Assembly: GCF_001677475.2 (NCBI RefSeq)
Contig: NZ_CP015229.1
DNA from: Escherichia coli
GTDB lineage: Bacteria > Pseudomonadota > Gammaproteobacteria > Enterobacterales > Enterobacteriaceae
DNA length: 64,000 nucleotides
Direction: 5' to 3' (one strand)
The notes beneath the pieces were generated by a model. The model saw nothing but the letters and a program-made list of their open reading frames with translations. It did no database searches and was not told the origin of the DNA. Positions within the stretch are counted from its first letter, which is position 1. The number at the start of each line of letters is the position of its first letter. Below, piece after piece: positions 45,133 through 56,338 of the stretch. Position numbers and translations under genes: made by a program.

Positions 45133-46262
45133 CACCCGTTTTGCGCGCCAGAAGGCTGCTGACTGAAGAGGGATGGCTCGATGACCATCAGTTGCGTATT
45201 GCTGACGGTGTAATCGCAGCAATCGAACCGATTCCAGTGGGCGTGACTGAACGCGATGCGGAACTGCTCTGCCCCGCTTACATCGACACCCATGTACACG
45301 GTGGTGCGGGCGTTGATGTAATGGATGACGCGCCGGATGTGCTCGACAAGCTGGCAATGCACAAAGCACGCGAAGGTGTCGGCAGTTGGTTACCGACCAC
45401 CGTAACCGCGCCGCTTAATACCATTCATGCGGCGCTGGAACGTATTGCTCAACGTTGCCAACGCGGCGGACCTGGTGCGCAAGTGCTGGGGAGTTATCTC
45501 GAAGGACCGTACTTCACGCCGCAGAATAAAGGTGCGCATCCGCCGGAGCTGTTCCGCGAGCTGGAAATTGCCGAGCTGGATCAATTGATTGCCGTTTCTC
45601 AGCACACCTTGCGCGTGGTGGCGCTGGCACCGGAAAAAGAAGGGGCATTGCAGGCCATCCGCCATCTTAAACAGCAAAACGTACGGGTGATGCTGGGGCA
45701 TAGCGCGGCGACCTGGCAACAAACCCGTGCCGCGTTTGACGCTGGTGCCGACGGCCTGGTGCATTGCTATAACGGGATGACAGGTTTACATCACCGCGAA
45801 CCGGGAATGGTTGGCGCGGGATTAACGGACAAGCGCGCCTGGCTGGAACTGATAGCCGATGGTCATCATGTGCATCCGGCGGCGATGTCGCTGTGTTGTT
45901 GCTGTGCGAAAGAGAGAATCGTGCTCATCACCGACGCGATGCAGGCAGCAGGGATGCCGGATGGTCGCTATACGTTATGTGGTGAAGAAGTGCAGATGCA
46001 CGGTGGCGTTGTCCGTACCGCGTCCGGTGGGCTGGCGGGCAGTACGCTGTCTGTCGATGCGGCAGTGCGCAACATGGTCGAGTTGACGGGCGTAACGCCT
46101 GCGGAAGCCATCCATATGGCGTCGCTGCATCCGGCGCGTATGCTGGGTGTTGATGATGTTCTGGGATCGCTTAAACCGGGCAAACGCGCCAGCGTCGTTG
46201 CGCTGGATAGCGGGCTGCATGTGCAACAAATCTGGATTCAGGGTCAATTAGCTTCGTTTTGA
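45129..46262 (+). CDS. agaA: N-acetylgalactosamine-6-phosphate deacetylase AgaA, 377 aa, full length
   Basis: ORF 45108..46262; start at MTPVLRARRLLTEEGWLDDHQLRIADG; NagA-like metal-binding HVHGG motif. Confidence 0.88.
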   Translation: MTPVLRARRLLTEEGWLDDHQLRIADGVIAAIEPIPVGVTERDAELLCPAYIDTHVHGGAGVDVMDDAPDVLDKLAMHKAREGVGSWLPTTVTAPLNTIHAALERIAQRCQRGGPGAQVLGSYLEGPYFTPQNKGAHPPELFRELEIAELDQLIAVSQHTLRVVALAPEKEGALQAIRHLKQQNVRVMLGHSAATWQQTRAAFDAGADGLVHCYNGMTGLHHREPGMVGAGLTDKRAWLELIADGHHVHPAAMSLCCCCAKERIVLITDAMQAAGMPDGRYTLCGEEVQMHGGVVRTASGGLAGSTLSVDAAVRNMVELTGVTPAEAIHMASLHPARMLGVDDVLGSLKPGKRASVVALDSGLHVQQIWIQGQLASF

Positions 46263-46339
46263 TGGTTTGCTCCTTTATTGGGCCTTCACTTCCCCCGTAA
46301 GGCCTTTCTTTTTCTTTCGTTGTGCTCTGTGCAGGGTAT

Positions 46340-46391
46340 CGGATGCGACGCTGACACATCTTCTTTGACCTACGGTACGCCGCATCCGGCA
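46340..46391. repeat. REP-like palindromic unit in the agaA/agaS intergenic region
   Basis: cggatgcgacgctg ... gtacgccgcatccgg inverted repeat. Confidence 0.5.
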
Positions 46392-46460
46392 ATCGGTGAA
46401 CATAGCGACGTCATCACGCAATCCTTTAATCTTCCCTTGTCTTTTCTTTCAACGATCACA

Positions 46461-46558
46461 AATTTCGTTTTATTTCCTTTTCCTCCATTGATCTTTCAGT
46501 TTCTTTTCTATAGATTTTGATCAACGAAATGTATCACCAAGTGAAACGAAACGAAAGG
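46461..46558. promoter_or_regulatory. AgaR-operator-like motifs upstream of agaS
   Basis: aatttcgttttatttccttttcc and inverted gtgaaacgaaacgaaagg. Confidence 0.5.
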
Positions 46559-46611
46559 TAAGCGAAAGCGACAACGCCCGACGTCAAGTTCATCAGACTA
46601 AGGATTGAGTT

Positions 46612-47766
46612 ATGCCAGAAAATTACACCCCTGCTGCTGCCGCAACCGGTACATGGACTGAAGAAGAGATCCGCCATCAGCCTCGCGCATGGATCCGTTC
46701 ACTCACCAACATCGACGCGCTACGTTCCGCGCTCAATAACTTCCTTGAACCGTTACTGCGCAAAGAGAATCTGCGGGTAATCCTGACCGGAGCCGGAACC
46801 TCGGCATTTATCGGTGACATCATCGCGCCGTGGCTCGCCAGCCATACCGGTAAAAACTTCAGCGCCGTACCGACCACCGATCTGGTCACCAATCCGATGG
46901 ACTACCTGAATCCAGCTCATCCACTGCTGTTGATCTCCTTCGGTCGATCCGGCAACAGCCCGGAAAGCGTCGCCGCCGTGGAACTGGCAAATCAATTTGT
47001 ACCCGAGTGCTATCACCTGCCGATCACCTGCAACGAAGCGGGCGCTCTTTACCAAAACGCGATCAACAGCGACAACGCGTTTGCCCTACTGATGCCCGCA
47101 GAAACGCACGATCGCGGCTTTGCGATGACCAGCAGCATTACCACCATGATGGCCAGCTGCCTCGCGGTTTTCGCACCTGAAACGATCAACAGCCAGAGCT
47201 TCCGCGACGTGGCGGATCGTTGCCAGGCGATCCTAACCTCACTGGGCGATTTCAGCGAAGGTGTGTTTGGTTACGCACCGTGGAAACGGATCGTTTATCT
47301 CGGCAGCGGTGGCTTACAGGGCGCAGCACGCGAGTCGGCGCTGAAAGTACTGGAACTGACGGCGGGTAAACTGGCGGCCTTTTATGATTCCCCGACCGGA
47401 TTCCGTCATGGACCAAAATCGCTGGTCGATAACGAAACGCTGGTGGTGGTATTTGTCTCCAGCCACCCTTACACCCGTCAGTATGATCTTGATCTGCTGG
47501 CTGAACTTCGCCGCGATAACCAGGCGATGCGCGTAATCGCTATCGCCGCGGAAAGCAACGACGTTATTACCGCCGGTCCACATATCATCCTGCCGCCGTC
47601 CCGTCACTTTATCGACGTTGAGCAGGCATTTTGCTTCCTGATGTACGCCCAGACGTTTGCACTGATGCAATCGCTGCACATGGGCAATACGCCGGATACC
47701 CCATCAGCCAGCGGCACCGTTAACCGCGTGGTGCAAGGCGTAATCATTCATCCGTGGCAGGCATAA
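46612..47766 (+). CDS. agaS: Galactosamine-6-phosphate deaminase/isomerase AgaS (SIS domains), 384 aa
   Basis: MPENYTPAAAATGTWTEEEIRHQPRAWIRSL... Confidence 0.92.
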   Translation: MPENYTPAAAATGTWTEEEIRHQPRAWIRSLTNIDALRSALNNFLEPLLRKENLRVILTGAGTSAFIGDIIAPWLASHTGKNFSAVPTTDLVTNPMDYLNPAHPLLLISFGRSGNSPESVAAVELANQFVPECYHLPITCNEAGALYQNAINSDNAFALLMPAETHDRGFAMTSSITTMMASCLAVFAPETINSQSFRDVADRCQAILTSLGDFSEGVFGYAPWKRIVYLGSGGLQGAARESALKVLELTAGKLAAFYDSPTGFRHGPKSLVDNETLVVVFVSSHPYTRQYDLDLLAELRRDNQAMRVIAIAAESNDVITAGPHIILPPSRHFIDVEQAFCFLMYAQTFALMQSLHMGNTPDTPSASGTVNRVVQGVIIHPWQA

Positions 47767-48639
<873 letters not shown>

Positions 48640-48805
48640 TCATTAGTTTTTTATGATTTATCCCAATGTACTTCCCGATTAATATCGGGGAGTGCCTTAA
48701 TGGAAAAGGAGATGACTAAACCTTAATAAATACATCAGTACAATATCGCAACAATAATATATTTAAAAAAATTATATTATTCAACTTTATGGTGAGGATT
48801 ACACA

Positions 48806-49282
48806 ATGAGCAGTCCAAATATTCTCTTAACCCGTATTGATAACCGTCTGGTTCATGGCCAGGTTGGCGTGACCTGGACATCCACCATCGGTGCAAATCT
48901 GCTGGTAGTCGTGGATGATGTTGTCGCTAACGATGATATTCAACAGAAATTAATGGGTATTACCGCGGAAACCTACGGCTTTGGCATTCGTTTCTTTACT
49001 ATCGAAAAAACCATTAACGTCATCGGCAAAGCTGCACCACACCAGAAGATCTTCCTGATTTGCCGTACGCCACAAACGGTACGTAAATTGGTAGAAGGTG
49101 GCATTGACCTGAAAGATGTCAACGTCGGCAATATGCATTTCTCGGAAGGGAAAAAGCAAATCAGCAGTAAAGTTTATGTCGATGACCAGGATCTCACGGA
49201 CTTACGTTTTATTAAACAACGTGGTGTGAATGTTTTCATTCAGGACGTCCCTGGCGATCAAAAAGAACAAATCCCTGACTAA
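48806..49282 (+). CDS. agaB: Galactosamine PTS IIB component AgaB, 158 aa
   Basis: MSSPNILLTRIDNRLVHGQVGVTW. Confidence 0.9.
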   Translation: MSSPNILLTRIDNRLVHGQVGVTWTSTIGANLLVVVDDVVANDDIQQKLMGITAETYGFGIRFFTIEKTINVIGKAAPHQKIFLICRTPQTVRKLVEGGIDLKDVNVGNMHFSEGKKQISSKVYVDDQDLTDLRFIKQRGVNVFIQDVPGDQKEQIPD

Positions 49283-49320
49283 ATCTAAAATCACCTTAAT
49301 ATTAGTTTGAGGTAATAAAA

Positions 49321-50124
49321 ATGCATGAAATAACCCTACTTCAGGGATTATCCCTGGCGGCGTTAGTTTTCGTTCTGGGGATTGATTTTTGGCTGGAAGC
49401 CTTATTTTTATTCCGCCCGATAATCGTTTGTACCCTAACTGGCGCTATTCTCGGTGATATTCAGACTGGCTTAATTACCGGTGGTCTGACAGAGTTGGCT
49501 TTCGCCGGATTAACCCCTGCAGGTGGTGTTCAGCCGCCCAACCCGATTATGGCGGGTCTGATGACCACCGTCATTGCATGGTCTACGGGCGTTGATGCCA
49601 AAACAGCAATTGGTCTTGGCCTGCCGTTTAGTTTGTTAATGCAGTACGTCATTCTGTTCTTCTATTCCGCTTTCTCATTATTTATGACCAAAGCCGATAA
49701 ATGCGCGAAAGAGGCGGATACGGCAGCGTTTTCCCGGCTTAACTGGACAACGATGCTCATCGTCGCTTCAGCGTATGCGGTGATTGCTTTCCTCTGTACT
49801 TACCTGGCACAAGGGGCGATGCAGGCGCTGGTGAAAGCGATGCCCGCCTGGTTGACCCACGGCTTTGAAGTGGCTGGCGGTATTCTGCCTGCCGTTGGTT
49901 TTGGCTTGCTGCTGCGCGTAATGTTCAAAGCGCAATATATCCCTTACCTGATCGCCGGTTTCCTGTTTGTTTGCTACATCCAGGTCAGCAACCTGTTGCC
50001 GGTTGCCGTACTGGGTGCAGGCTTTGCGGTGTATGAGTTTTTCAATGCGAAATCCCGGCAGCAAGCGCAACCGCAGCCCGTTGCCAGTAAAAATGAAGAA
50101 GAGGACTACAGCAATGGGATCTGA
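49321..50124 (+). CDS. agaC: Galactosamine PTS IIC component AgaC, 267 aa
   Basis: MHEITLLQGLSLAALVFVLGIDFWLEALFLFRPII... Confidence 0.9.
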   Translation: MHEITLLQGLSLAALVFVLGIDFWLEALFLFRPIIVCTLTGAILGDIQTGLITGGLTELAFAGLTPAGGVQPPNPIMAGLMTTVIAWSTGVDAKTAIGLGLPFSLLMQYVILFFYSAFSLFMTKADKCAKEADTAAFSRLNWTTMLIVASAYAVIAFLCTYLAQGAMQALVKAMPAWLTHGFEVAGGILPAVGFGLLLRVMFKAQYIPYLIAGFLFVCYIQVSNLLPVAVLGAGFAVYEFFNAKSRQQAQPQPVASKNEEEDYSNGI

Positions 50125-50905
50125 AATCAGTAAAAAAGATATCACCCGTCTGGGCTTTCGTTCGTCGCTGCTGCAAGCGAGCTTTAACTACGAAAGGATG
50201 CAGGCGGGCGGTTTTACCTGGGCGATGTTGCCGATCCTGAAAAAGATTTATAAGGATGACAAACCGGGCCTAAGCGCGGCGATGAAAGATAACCTCGAAT
50301 TTATTAATACCCACCCAAATCTCGTCGGATTCCTGATGGGGTTATTAATTTCGATGGAAGAAAAAGGAGAAAACCGCGACACCATTAAAGGCCTCAAAGT
50401 GGCACTGTTTGGCCCAATCGCCGGGATTGGCGATGCGATTTTCTGGTTTACTTTGTTGCCGATTATGGCGGGAATTTGCTCATCATTTGCCAGCCAGGGA
50501 AACCTGCTGGGGCCGATTCTATTTTTCGCCGTTTACCTGCTTATCTTTTTCCTGCGCGTCGGCTGGACCCACGTCGGTTATTCAGTCGGCGTGAAGGCGA
50601 TCGATAAAGTGCGAGAGAACTCGCAGATGATTGCCCGTTCGGCAACCATCCTCGGGATCACGGTAATCGGCGGGCTGATCGCTTCGTATGTGCATATTAA
50701 CGTGGTGACATCGTTTGCCATCGACAGTACCCACAGCGTCGCGCTGCAGCAGGATTTCTTCGATAAAGTCTTCCCGAACATTTTACCGATGGCCTACACC
50801 CTGCTGATGTATTACTTCCTGCGGGTGAAAAAAGCGCATCCGGTGCTGTTAATCGGCGTGACGTTTGTGCTCTCTATTGTTTGTTCCGCATTCGGCATTT
50901 TGTAA
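50114..50905 (+). CDS. agaD: Galactosamine PTS IID component AgaD, 263 aa
   Basis: ORF 49967..50905; start at MGSEISKKDITRLGFRSSLLQASFNYERMQ (ATG 50114, overlaps the agaC 3' end). Confidence 0.9.
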   Translation: MGSEISKKDITRLGFRSSLLQASFNYERMQAGGFTWAMLPILKKIYKDDKPGLSAAMKDNLEFINTHPNLVGFLMGLLISMEEKGENRDTIKGLKVALFGPIAGIGDAIFWFTLLPIMAGICSSFASQGNLLGPILFFAVYLLIFFLRVGWTHVGYSVGVKAIDKVRENSQMIARSATILGITVIGGLIASYVHINVVTSFAIDSTHSVALQQDFFDKVFPNILPMAYTLLMYYFLRVKKAHPVLLIGVTFVLSIVCSAFGIL

Positions 50906-51673
50906 ATGGAACGAGGCACTGCTTCTGGCGGTGCCTCTTTACTTAAGGAATTTCATCCTGTGCAAACCCTTCAGCAAGTTGAAAACTATACGGCGTTAAG
51001 TGAACGTGCCAGCGAATATTTATTGGCCGTGATCCGTAGCAAACCGGATGCCGTGATTTGCCTGGCGACCGGAGCCACGCCATTACTGACGTATCATTAT
51101 CTGGTAGAAAAAATCCACCAGCAGCAGGTTGATGTCAGCCAACTAACCTTCGTCAAGCTCGACGAATGGGTGGATCTGCCATTAACTATGCCTGGCACCT
51201 GCGAAACTTTCCTGCAACAGCATATCGTGCAGCCGCTGGGGCTACGTGAAGACCAGCTCATCAGCTTTCGCTCCGAAGAGATAAATGAGACAGAGTGCGA
51301 ACGGGTAACGAACCTGATTGCGCGCAAAGGCGGTCTGGATTTATGCGTTCTCGGATTGGGGAAAAACGGTCATCTTGGGCTGAACGAACCGGGAGAAAAC
51401 CTGCAACCGACCTGCCATATCAGTCAACTTGATGCCAGAACACAGCAACATGAGATGTTAAAAACCGCGGGCCGTCCCGTGACTCGTGGGATCACCTTAG
51501 GCCTGAAGGATATTCTCAATGCCCGCGAAGTTTTGTTACTGGTGACTGGCGAAGGAAAGCAGGATGCGACAGAACGTTTTCTCACGGCTAAAGTCTCCAC
51601 CGCTATCCCGGCTTCGTTTTTATGGCTGCATAACTATTTCACATGCATGATTGATGAGATGTGTCGTCGTTAA
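50906..51673 (+). CDS. agaI: Putative galactosamine-6-phosphate deaminase/isomerase AgaI (NagB-like), 255 aa
   Basis: ATG directly follows the agaD stop; MERGTASGGASLLKEFHPVQTLQQVENYTALSERASEYLLAV. Confidence 0.88.
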   Translation: MERGTASGGASLLKEFHPVQTLQQVENYTALSERASEYLLAVIRSKPDAVICLATGATPLLTYHYLVEKIHQQQVDVSQLTFVKLDEWVDLPLTMPGTCETFLQQHIVQPLGLREDQLISFRSEEINETECERVTNLIARKGGLDLCVLGLGKNGHLGLNEPGENLQPTCHISQLDARTQQHEMLKTAGRPVTRGITLGLKDILNAREVLLLVTGEGKQDATERFLTAKVSTAIPASFLWLHNYFTCMIDEMCRR

Positions 51674-51675
51674 CT

Positions 51676-51719
51676 CGCCTGCTACAGGCGTTGCAACGCT
51701 ATTCCTGCTGCGACGCCTG
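51676..51719. terminator. Inverted repeat between convergent agaI and rsmI (possible bidirectional terminator)
   Basis: acaggcgt ... acgcctgt 8 bp arms with a long loop; weak as a classic terminator. Confidence 0.3.
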
Positions 51720-51722
51720 TAA

Positions 51723-52586
51723 TCACTCTCCCTGCTGCTCCAGTGCATACTTATACAGCGCATTTTTCTTCACGCCGTGAATTTCTGCGGCCAGCGCCGC
51801 CGCTTTTTTCAGCGGCAGTTCTGCCTGTAGCAGCGCCAGCGTGCGCAGGGCATCGGCGGGTAAGTCTTCTTCCTGTGCTTTATGGCCTTCGACAATCAGT
51901 ACCATTTCGCCTTTGCGACGGTTTTCATCTTCTTTGACCCACGCCAGCAGCTCGCCAACGGGCGCGCCGTGAATGGTTTCCCAGGTTTTGGTCAGCTCAC
52001 GCGCCAGAACGACGTAGCGGGATTCGCCTAATACCGCAACGATATCTTCCAGGCTATCTAACAGACGGTGGGTAGATTCATAAAAAATCAGCGTGCGCGG
52101 CTCCGCTTCAATGGCTTTTAGCGCATCACGGCGGCCTTTTGATTTGGCAGGTAAAAAGCCTTCATAACAAAAACGATCGGATGGTAAACCCGCGGCGCTT
52201 AACGCAGTGATAGCAGCACACGGCCCGGGTAGCGGCACCACGAGAATCCCCGCTTCACGGCAGGTACGCACCAGATGGTAGCCAGGATCGTTAATTAGCG
52301 GCGTTCCGGCATCGGAAACCAGCGCAATGTTTTGCCCCTCTTGCAGCTTCGCCAGCAGCGTTTCGGCTTTTTGTTGTTCGTTATGGTCGTGCAGCGCAAA
52401 CAACCGAGCATTAATCCCAAAATGTTGCAGCAATAAACCGGTGTGACGCGTATCCTCGGCGGCAATCAGATCAACGGCCTGTAATACCTCCAACGCACGC
52501 TGGGTGATATCCGCCAGATTGCCGATTGGCGTCGGTACAATGTAAAGCTGGCCCTGAGAATTATCCGCCGATTGGTGTTGTTTCAT
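51723..52586 (-). CDS. rsmI: 16S rRNA C1402 2'-O-methyltransferase RsmI, 287 aa
   Basis: [48 protein letters not shown]. Confidence 0.92.
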   Translation of the reverse strand: MKQHQSADNSQGQLYIVPTPIGNLADITQRALEVLQAVDLIAAEDTRHTGLLLQHFGINARLFALHDHNEQQKAETLLAKLQEGQNIALVSDAGTPLINDPGYHLVRTCREAGILVVPLPGPCAAITALSAAGLPSDRFCYEGFLPAKSKGRRDALKAIEAEPRTLIFYESTHRLLDSLEDIVAVLGESRYVVLARELTKTWETIHGAPVGELLAWVKEDENRRKGEMVLIVEGHKAQEEDLPADALRTLALLQAELPLKKAAALAAEIHGVKKNALYKYALEQQGE

Positions 52587-52650
52587 TGTGTCGTCCGTAT
52601 TGCCGATTTAATATTGAGCATTGCGTAAAAAAAATATCACTGGATACATT

Positions 52651-54687
52651 ATGGTACCCTCAACATTTTCTCGTTTGAAAGCCGCGCGTTGTCTGCCTGT
52701 TGTTCTGGCAGCCCTGATTTTCGCCGGTTGTGGCACCCATACTCCCGATCAGTCCACTGCTTATATGCAGGGCACGGCGCAGGCTGATTCTGCCTTTTAC
52801 CTGCAACAGATGCAGCAAAGTTCTGATGATACCAGGATCAACTGGCAATTACTCGCCATTCGTGCACTGGTGAAAGAAGGTAAAACCGGACAGGCGATGG
52901 AGTTGTTTAACCAACTACCGCAAGAACTGAACGATTCTCAGCGTCGCGAGAAAACACTGCTGGCGGCAGAGATTAAACTGGCGCAGAAAGATTTTGCTGG
53001 CGCGCAAAACTTGCTGGCGAAAATCACACCTGCAGATTTAGAACAAAACCAGCAAGCGCGTTACTGGCAGGCAAAAATCGATGCCAGCCAGGGGCGTCCT
53101 TCCATTGATTTACTGCGCGCGTTAATTGCTCAGGAACCGCTGCTCGGCGCGAAAGAAAAGCAGCAGAATATTGACGCCACCTGGCAGGCGCTCTCCTCCA
53201 TGACTCAGGAACAGGCGAATACGCTGGTGATCAATGCCGACGAAAATATTCTGCAAGGCTGGCTGGATCTGCAGCGCATCTGGTTTGATAACCGTAACGA
53301 TCCCGACATGATGAAAGCCGGGATCGCCGACTGGCAGAAACGTTATCCGAACAACCCGGGCGCGAAAATGCTGCCAACGCAGTTGGTTAACGTAAAAGCG
53401 TTTAAACCCGCATCGACCAACAAAATCGCCCTGCTGTTGCCACTGAATGGCCAGGCAGCGGTATTTGGTCGCACTATTCAGCAAGGCTTTGAAGCGGCGA
53501 AAAATATCGGCACTCAGCCAGTGGCGGCTCAGGTAGCTGCCGCACCTGCCGCAGACGTAGCAGAACAACCTCAGCCGCAAACCGTGGATGGCGTTGCCAG
53601 CCCGGCACAAGCCTCGGTTAGCGATCTGACCGGTGAACAACCTGCGGCCCAGCCGGTGCCTGTAAGCGCCCCGGCGACAAGCACCGCAGCAGTAAGCGCA
53701 CCCGCAAATCCATCTGCAGAACTGAAAATCTACGATACCTCATCACAACCACTTAGTCAGATCTTAAGCCAGGTTCAGCAGGATGGCGCGAGTATTGTGG
53801 TCGGTCCGTTGCTGAAAAATAACGTTGAAGAGTTGCTGAAGAGCAACACCCCGCTGAACGTGCTGGCACTGAACCAGCCGGAGAATATCGAAAACCGCGT
53901 CAATATTTGTTACTTCGCGCTTTCACCTGAAGACGAAGCGCGCGATGCAGCGCGTCATATTCGTGACCAGGGTAAACAAGCGCCGCTGGTGCTGATCCCA
54001 CGCAGTTCATTGGGCGATCGCGTAGCCAATGCGTTTGCGCAAGAGTGGCAGAAACTGGGCGGCGGCACCGTTCTGCAACAAAAATTTGGTTCCACCAGCG
54101 AATTACGCGCGGGTGTTAACGGCGGTTCTGGTATTGCTTTAACGGGTAGCCCGATTACTCCCAGAGCGGCAACCGACTCCGGCATGACGACCAACAATCC
54201 AACGCTGCAAACCACGCCAACCGATGACCAGTTCACCAATAATGGCGGTCGTGTCGATGCGGTCTACATTGTGGCAACGCCGGGTGAAATCGCTTTTATC
54301 AAACCGATGATCGCCATGCGTAACGGTAGCCAGAGCGGTGCAACGCTGTACGCCAGCTCCCGCAGTGCGCAAGGGACCGCTGGCCCGGATTTCCGACTGG
54401 AGATGGAAGGTTTGCAGTACAGCGAAATCCCGATGCTGGCAGGCGGTAATCTGCCCTTAATGCAGCAGGCGCTCAGCGCGGTGAACAACGATTATTCGCT
54501 GGCTCGCATGTATGCGATGGGCGTTGATGCCTGGTCGTTGGCAAATCATTTCTCACAAATGCGCCAGGTTCAGGGTTTTGAAATCAACGGTAATACCGGA
54601 AGCCTGACGGCAAACCCGGATTGCGTGATTAACAGGAAGTTATCATGGCTACAGTACCAACAAGGTCAGGTAGTCCCCGCCAGTTAA
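52651..54687 (+). CDS. lpoA: Penicillin-binding protein 1A activator lipoprotein LpoA, 678 aa
   Basis: ORF 52621..54687; start at [28 protein letters not shown] (lipobox). Confidence 0.92.
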   Translation: MVPSTFSRLKAARCLPVVLAALIFAGCGTHTPDQSTAYMQGTAQADSAFYLQQMQQSSDDTRINWQLLAIRALVKEGKTGQAMELFNQLPQELNDSQRREKTLLAAEIKLAQKDFAGAQNLLAKITPADLEQNQQARYWQAKIDASQGRPSIDLLRALIAQEPLLGAKEKQQNIDATWQALSSMTQEQANTLVINADENILQGWLDLQRIWFDNRNDPDMMKAGIADWQKRYPNNPGAKMLPTQLVNVKAFKPASTNKIALLLPLNGQAAVFGRTIQQGFEAAKNIGTQPVAAQVAAAPAADVAEQPQPQTVDGVASPAQASVSDLTGEQPAAQPVPVSAPATSTAAVSAPANPSAELKIYDTSSQPLSQILSQVQQDGASIVVGPLLKNNVEELLKSNTPLNVLALNQPENIENRVNICYFALSPEDEARDAARHIRDQGKQAPLVLIPRSSLGDRVANAFAQEWQKLGGGTVLQQKFGSTSELRAGVNGGSGIALTGSPITPRAATDSGMTTNNPTLQTTPTDDQFTNNGGRVDAVYIVATPGEIAFIKPMIAMRNGSQSGATLYASSRSAQGTAGPDFRLEMEGLQYSEIPMLAGGNLPLMQQALSAVNNDYSLARMYAMGVDAWSLANHFSQMRQVQGFEINGNTGSLTANPDCVINRKLSWLQYQQGQVVPAS

Positions 54688-55040
54688 CCACCAAACAGAC
54701 CGGCGATGCGTGGGAAGCACAAGCGCGTCGCTGGCTGGAAGGCAAAGGACTGCGGTTTATCGCCGCTAACGTGAACGAGCGTGGCGGCGAGATCGATCTG
54801 ATAATGCGTGAAGGCCGGACCACCGTTTTTGTCGAGGTGCGTTACCGCCGCTCTGCGCTTTATGGCGGCGCGGCAGCCAGTGTGACCCGCAGCAAACAAC
54901 ACAAATTATTACAGACTGCCCGCTTGTGGCTCGCGCGTCATAATGGGAGTTTTGATACTGTGGATTGCCGGTTCGATGTGGTAGCCTTCACCGGGAATGA
55001 GGTTGAGTGGATTAAGGATGCCTTTAATGACCACTCATAA
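54645..55040 (+). CDS. yraN: UPF0102 protein YraN, 131 aa
   Basis: [38 protein letters not shown]...; overlaps the lpoA 3' end by 43 nt. Confidence 0.9.
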   Translation: MATVPTRSGSPRQLTTKQTGDAWEAQARRWLEGKGLRFIAANVNERGGEIDLIMREGRTTVFVEVRYRRSALYGGAAASVTRSKQHKLLQTARLWLARHNGSFDTVDCRFDVVAFTGNEVEWIKDAFNDHS

Positions 55041-55059
55041 TTAAGGTTTAAGGATTAGC

Positions 55060-55650
55060 GTGCAAGAAAGAATTAAAGCTTGCTTCACTGAAAGCATTCA
55101 AACTCAAATTGCGGCGGCAGAGGCGCTTCCGGATGCCATCTCCCGTGCAGCCATGACGCTGGTTCAGTCTCTGCTCAATGGCAACAAAATCCTCTGTTGT
55201 GGTAATGGAACTTCCGCTGCCAATGCACAGCATTTTGCTGCCAGCATGATCAACCGTTTCGAAACGGAGCGGCCCAGCTTACCTGCCATTGCACTAAATA
55301 CTGATAATGTTGTCTTAACGGCGATTGCCAACGATCGCTTACATGATGAAGTGTATGCAAAACAGGTGCGGGCGCTGGGTCATGCGGGAGATGTATTGTT
55401 AGCCATTTCCACCCGTGGCAACAGCCGCGATATCGTAAAAGCAGTAGAAGCTGCCGTTACGCGTGATATGACCATTGTGGCATTAACTGGCTATGACGGC
55501 GGTGAACTTGCAGGTTTGTTAGGGCCACAGGATGTGGAGATCCGCATTCCTTCGCATCGTAGCGCTCGCATTCAGGAAATGCATATGCTGACGGTAAATT
55601 GCCTGTGCGATCTGATCGATAACACGCTTTTCCCTCACCAGGATGATTAA
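55060..55650 (+). CDS. diaA: DnaA initiator-associating protein DiaA (SIS domain), 196 aa, GTG start
   Basis: [50 protein letters not shown]. Confidence 0.92.
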
Positions 55651-55659
55651 GGAGAATAC

Positions 55660-56235
55660 ATGAAGGCATTATCGCCAATCGCAGTCCTTATTTCCGCGCT
55701 GCTGTTGCAAGGTTGTGTTGCCGCTGCCGTAGTGGGTACTGCTGCTGTGGGTACCAAAGCCGCAACTGACCCACGCAGTGTCGGCACCCAGGTGGACGAT
55801 GGTACCCTGGAAGTGCGCGTGAACAGCGCATTGTCGAAAGACGAACAGATTAAGAAAGAAGCACGCATTAATGTAACGGCCTATCAGGGCAAAGTGCTGC
55901 TGGTTGGGCAGTCACCAAACGCTGAACTTTCGGCTCGCGCTAAACAGATTGCTATGGGCGTAGACGGTGCCAACGAAGTGTATAACGAGATTCGCCAGGG
56001 GCAGCCGATTGGTCTGGGCGAAGCGTCTAACGATACGTGGATCACCACCAAAGTGCGTTCGCAGCTCTTAACCAGCGACCTGGTGAAATCGTCCAACGTG
56101 AAAGTGACTACCGAAAACGGCGAAGTGTTCCTGATGGGACTGGTGACTGAACGTGAAGCGAAAGCGGCGGCAGATATTGCCAGCCGGGTGAGCGGCGTGA
56201 AGCGGGTGACCACGGCGTTTACGTTTATTAAATAG
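55660..56235 (+). CDS. dolP: Outer-membrane lipoprotein DolP (YraP), dual BON domains, 191 aa
   Basis: MKALSPIAVLISALLLQGCVAAAVVG (lipobox). Confidence 0.92.
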   Translation: MKALSPIAVLISALLLQGCVAAAVVGTAAVGTKAATDPRSVGTQVDDGTLEVRVNSALSKDEQIKKEARINVTAYQGKVLLVGQSPNAELSARAKQIAMGVDGANEVYNEIRQGQPIGLGEASNDTWITTKVRSQLLTSDLVKSSNVKVTTENGEVFLMGLVTEREAKAAADIASRVSGVKRVTTAFTFIK

Positions 56236-56244
56236 CAGCCCCTT

Positions 56245-56338
56245 GTAATGCCTGATGCGACGCTTGCCGCGTCTTATCAGGCCTACAACGACGCAAACCG
56301 TAGGTCGGATAAGGCGTTTACGCCGCATCCGACATGTT
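56245..56338. repeat. REP pair (BIME)
   Basis: gcctgatgcgacgcttgccgcgtcttatcaggcctac and cgtaggtcggataaggcgtttacgccgcatccgaca. Confidence 0.8.

Noticed and set aside
46278-46520. 80 aa ORF in the agaA-agaS intergenic region
   Set aside because: Covers a REP-like unit and the AgaR operator array; low-complexity Phe/Leu-rich translation.
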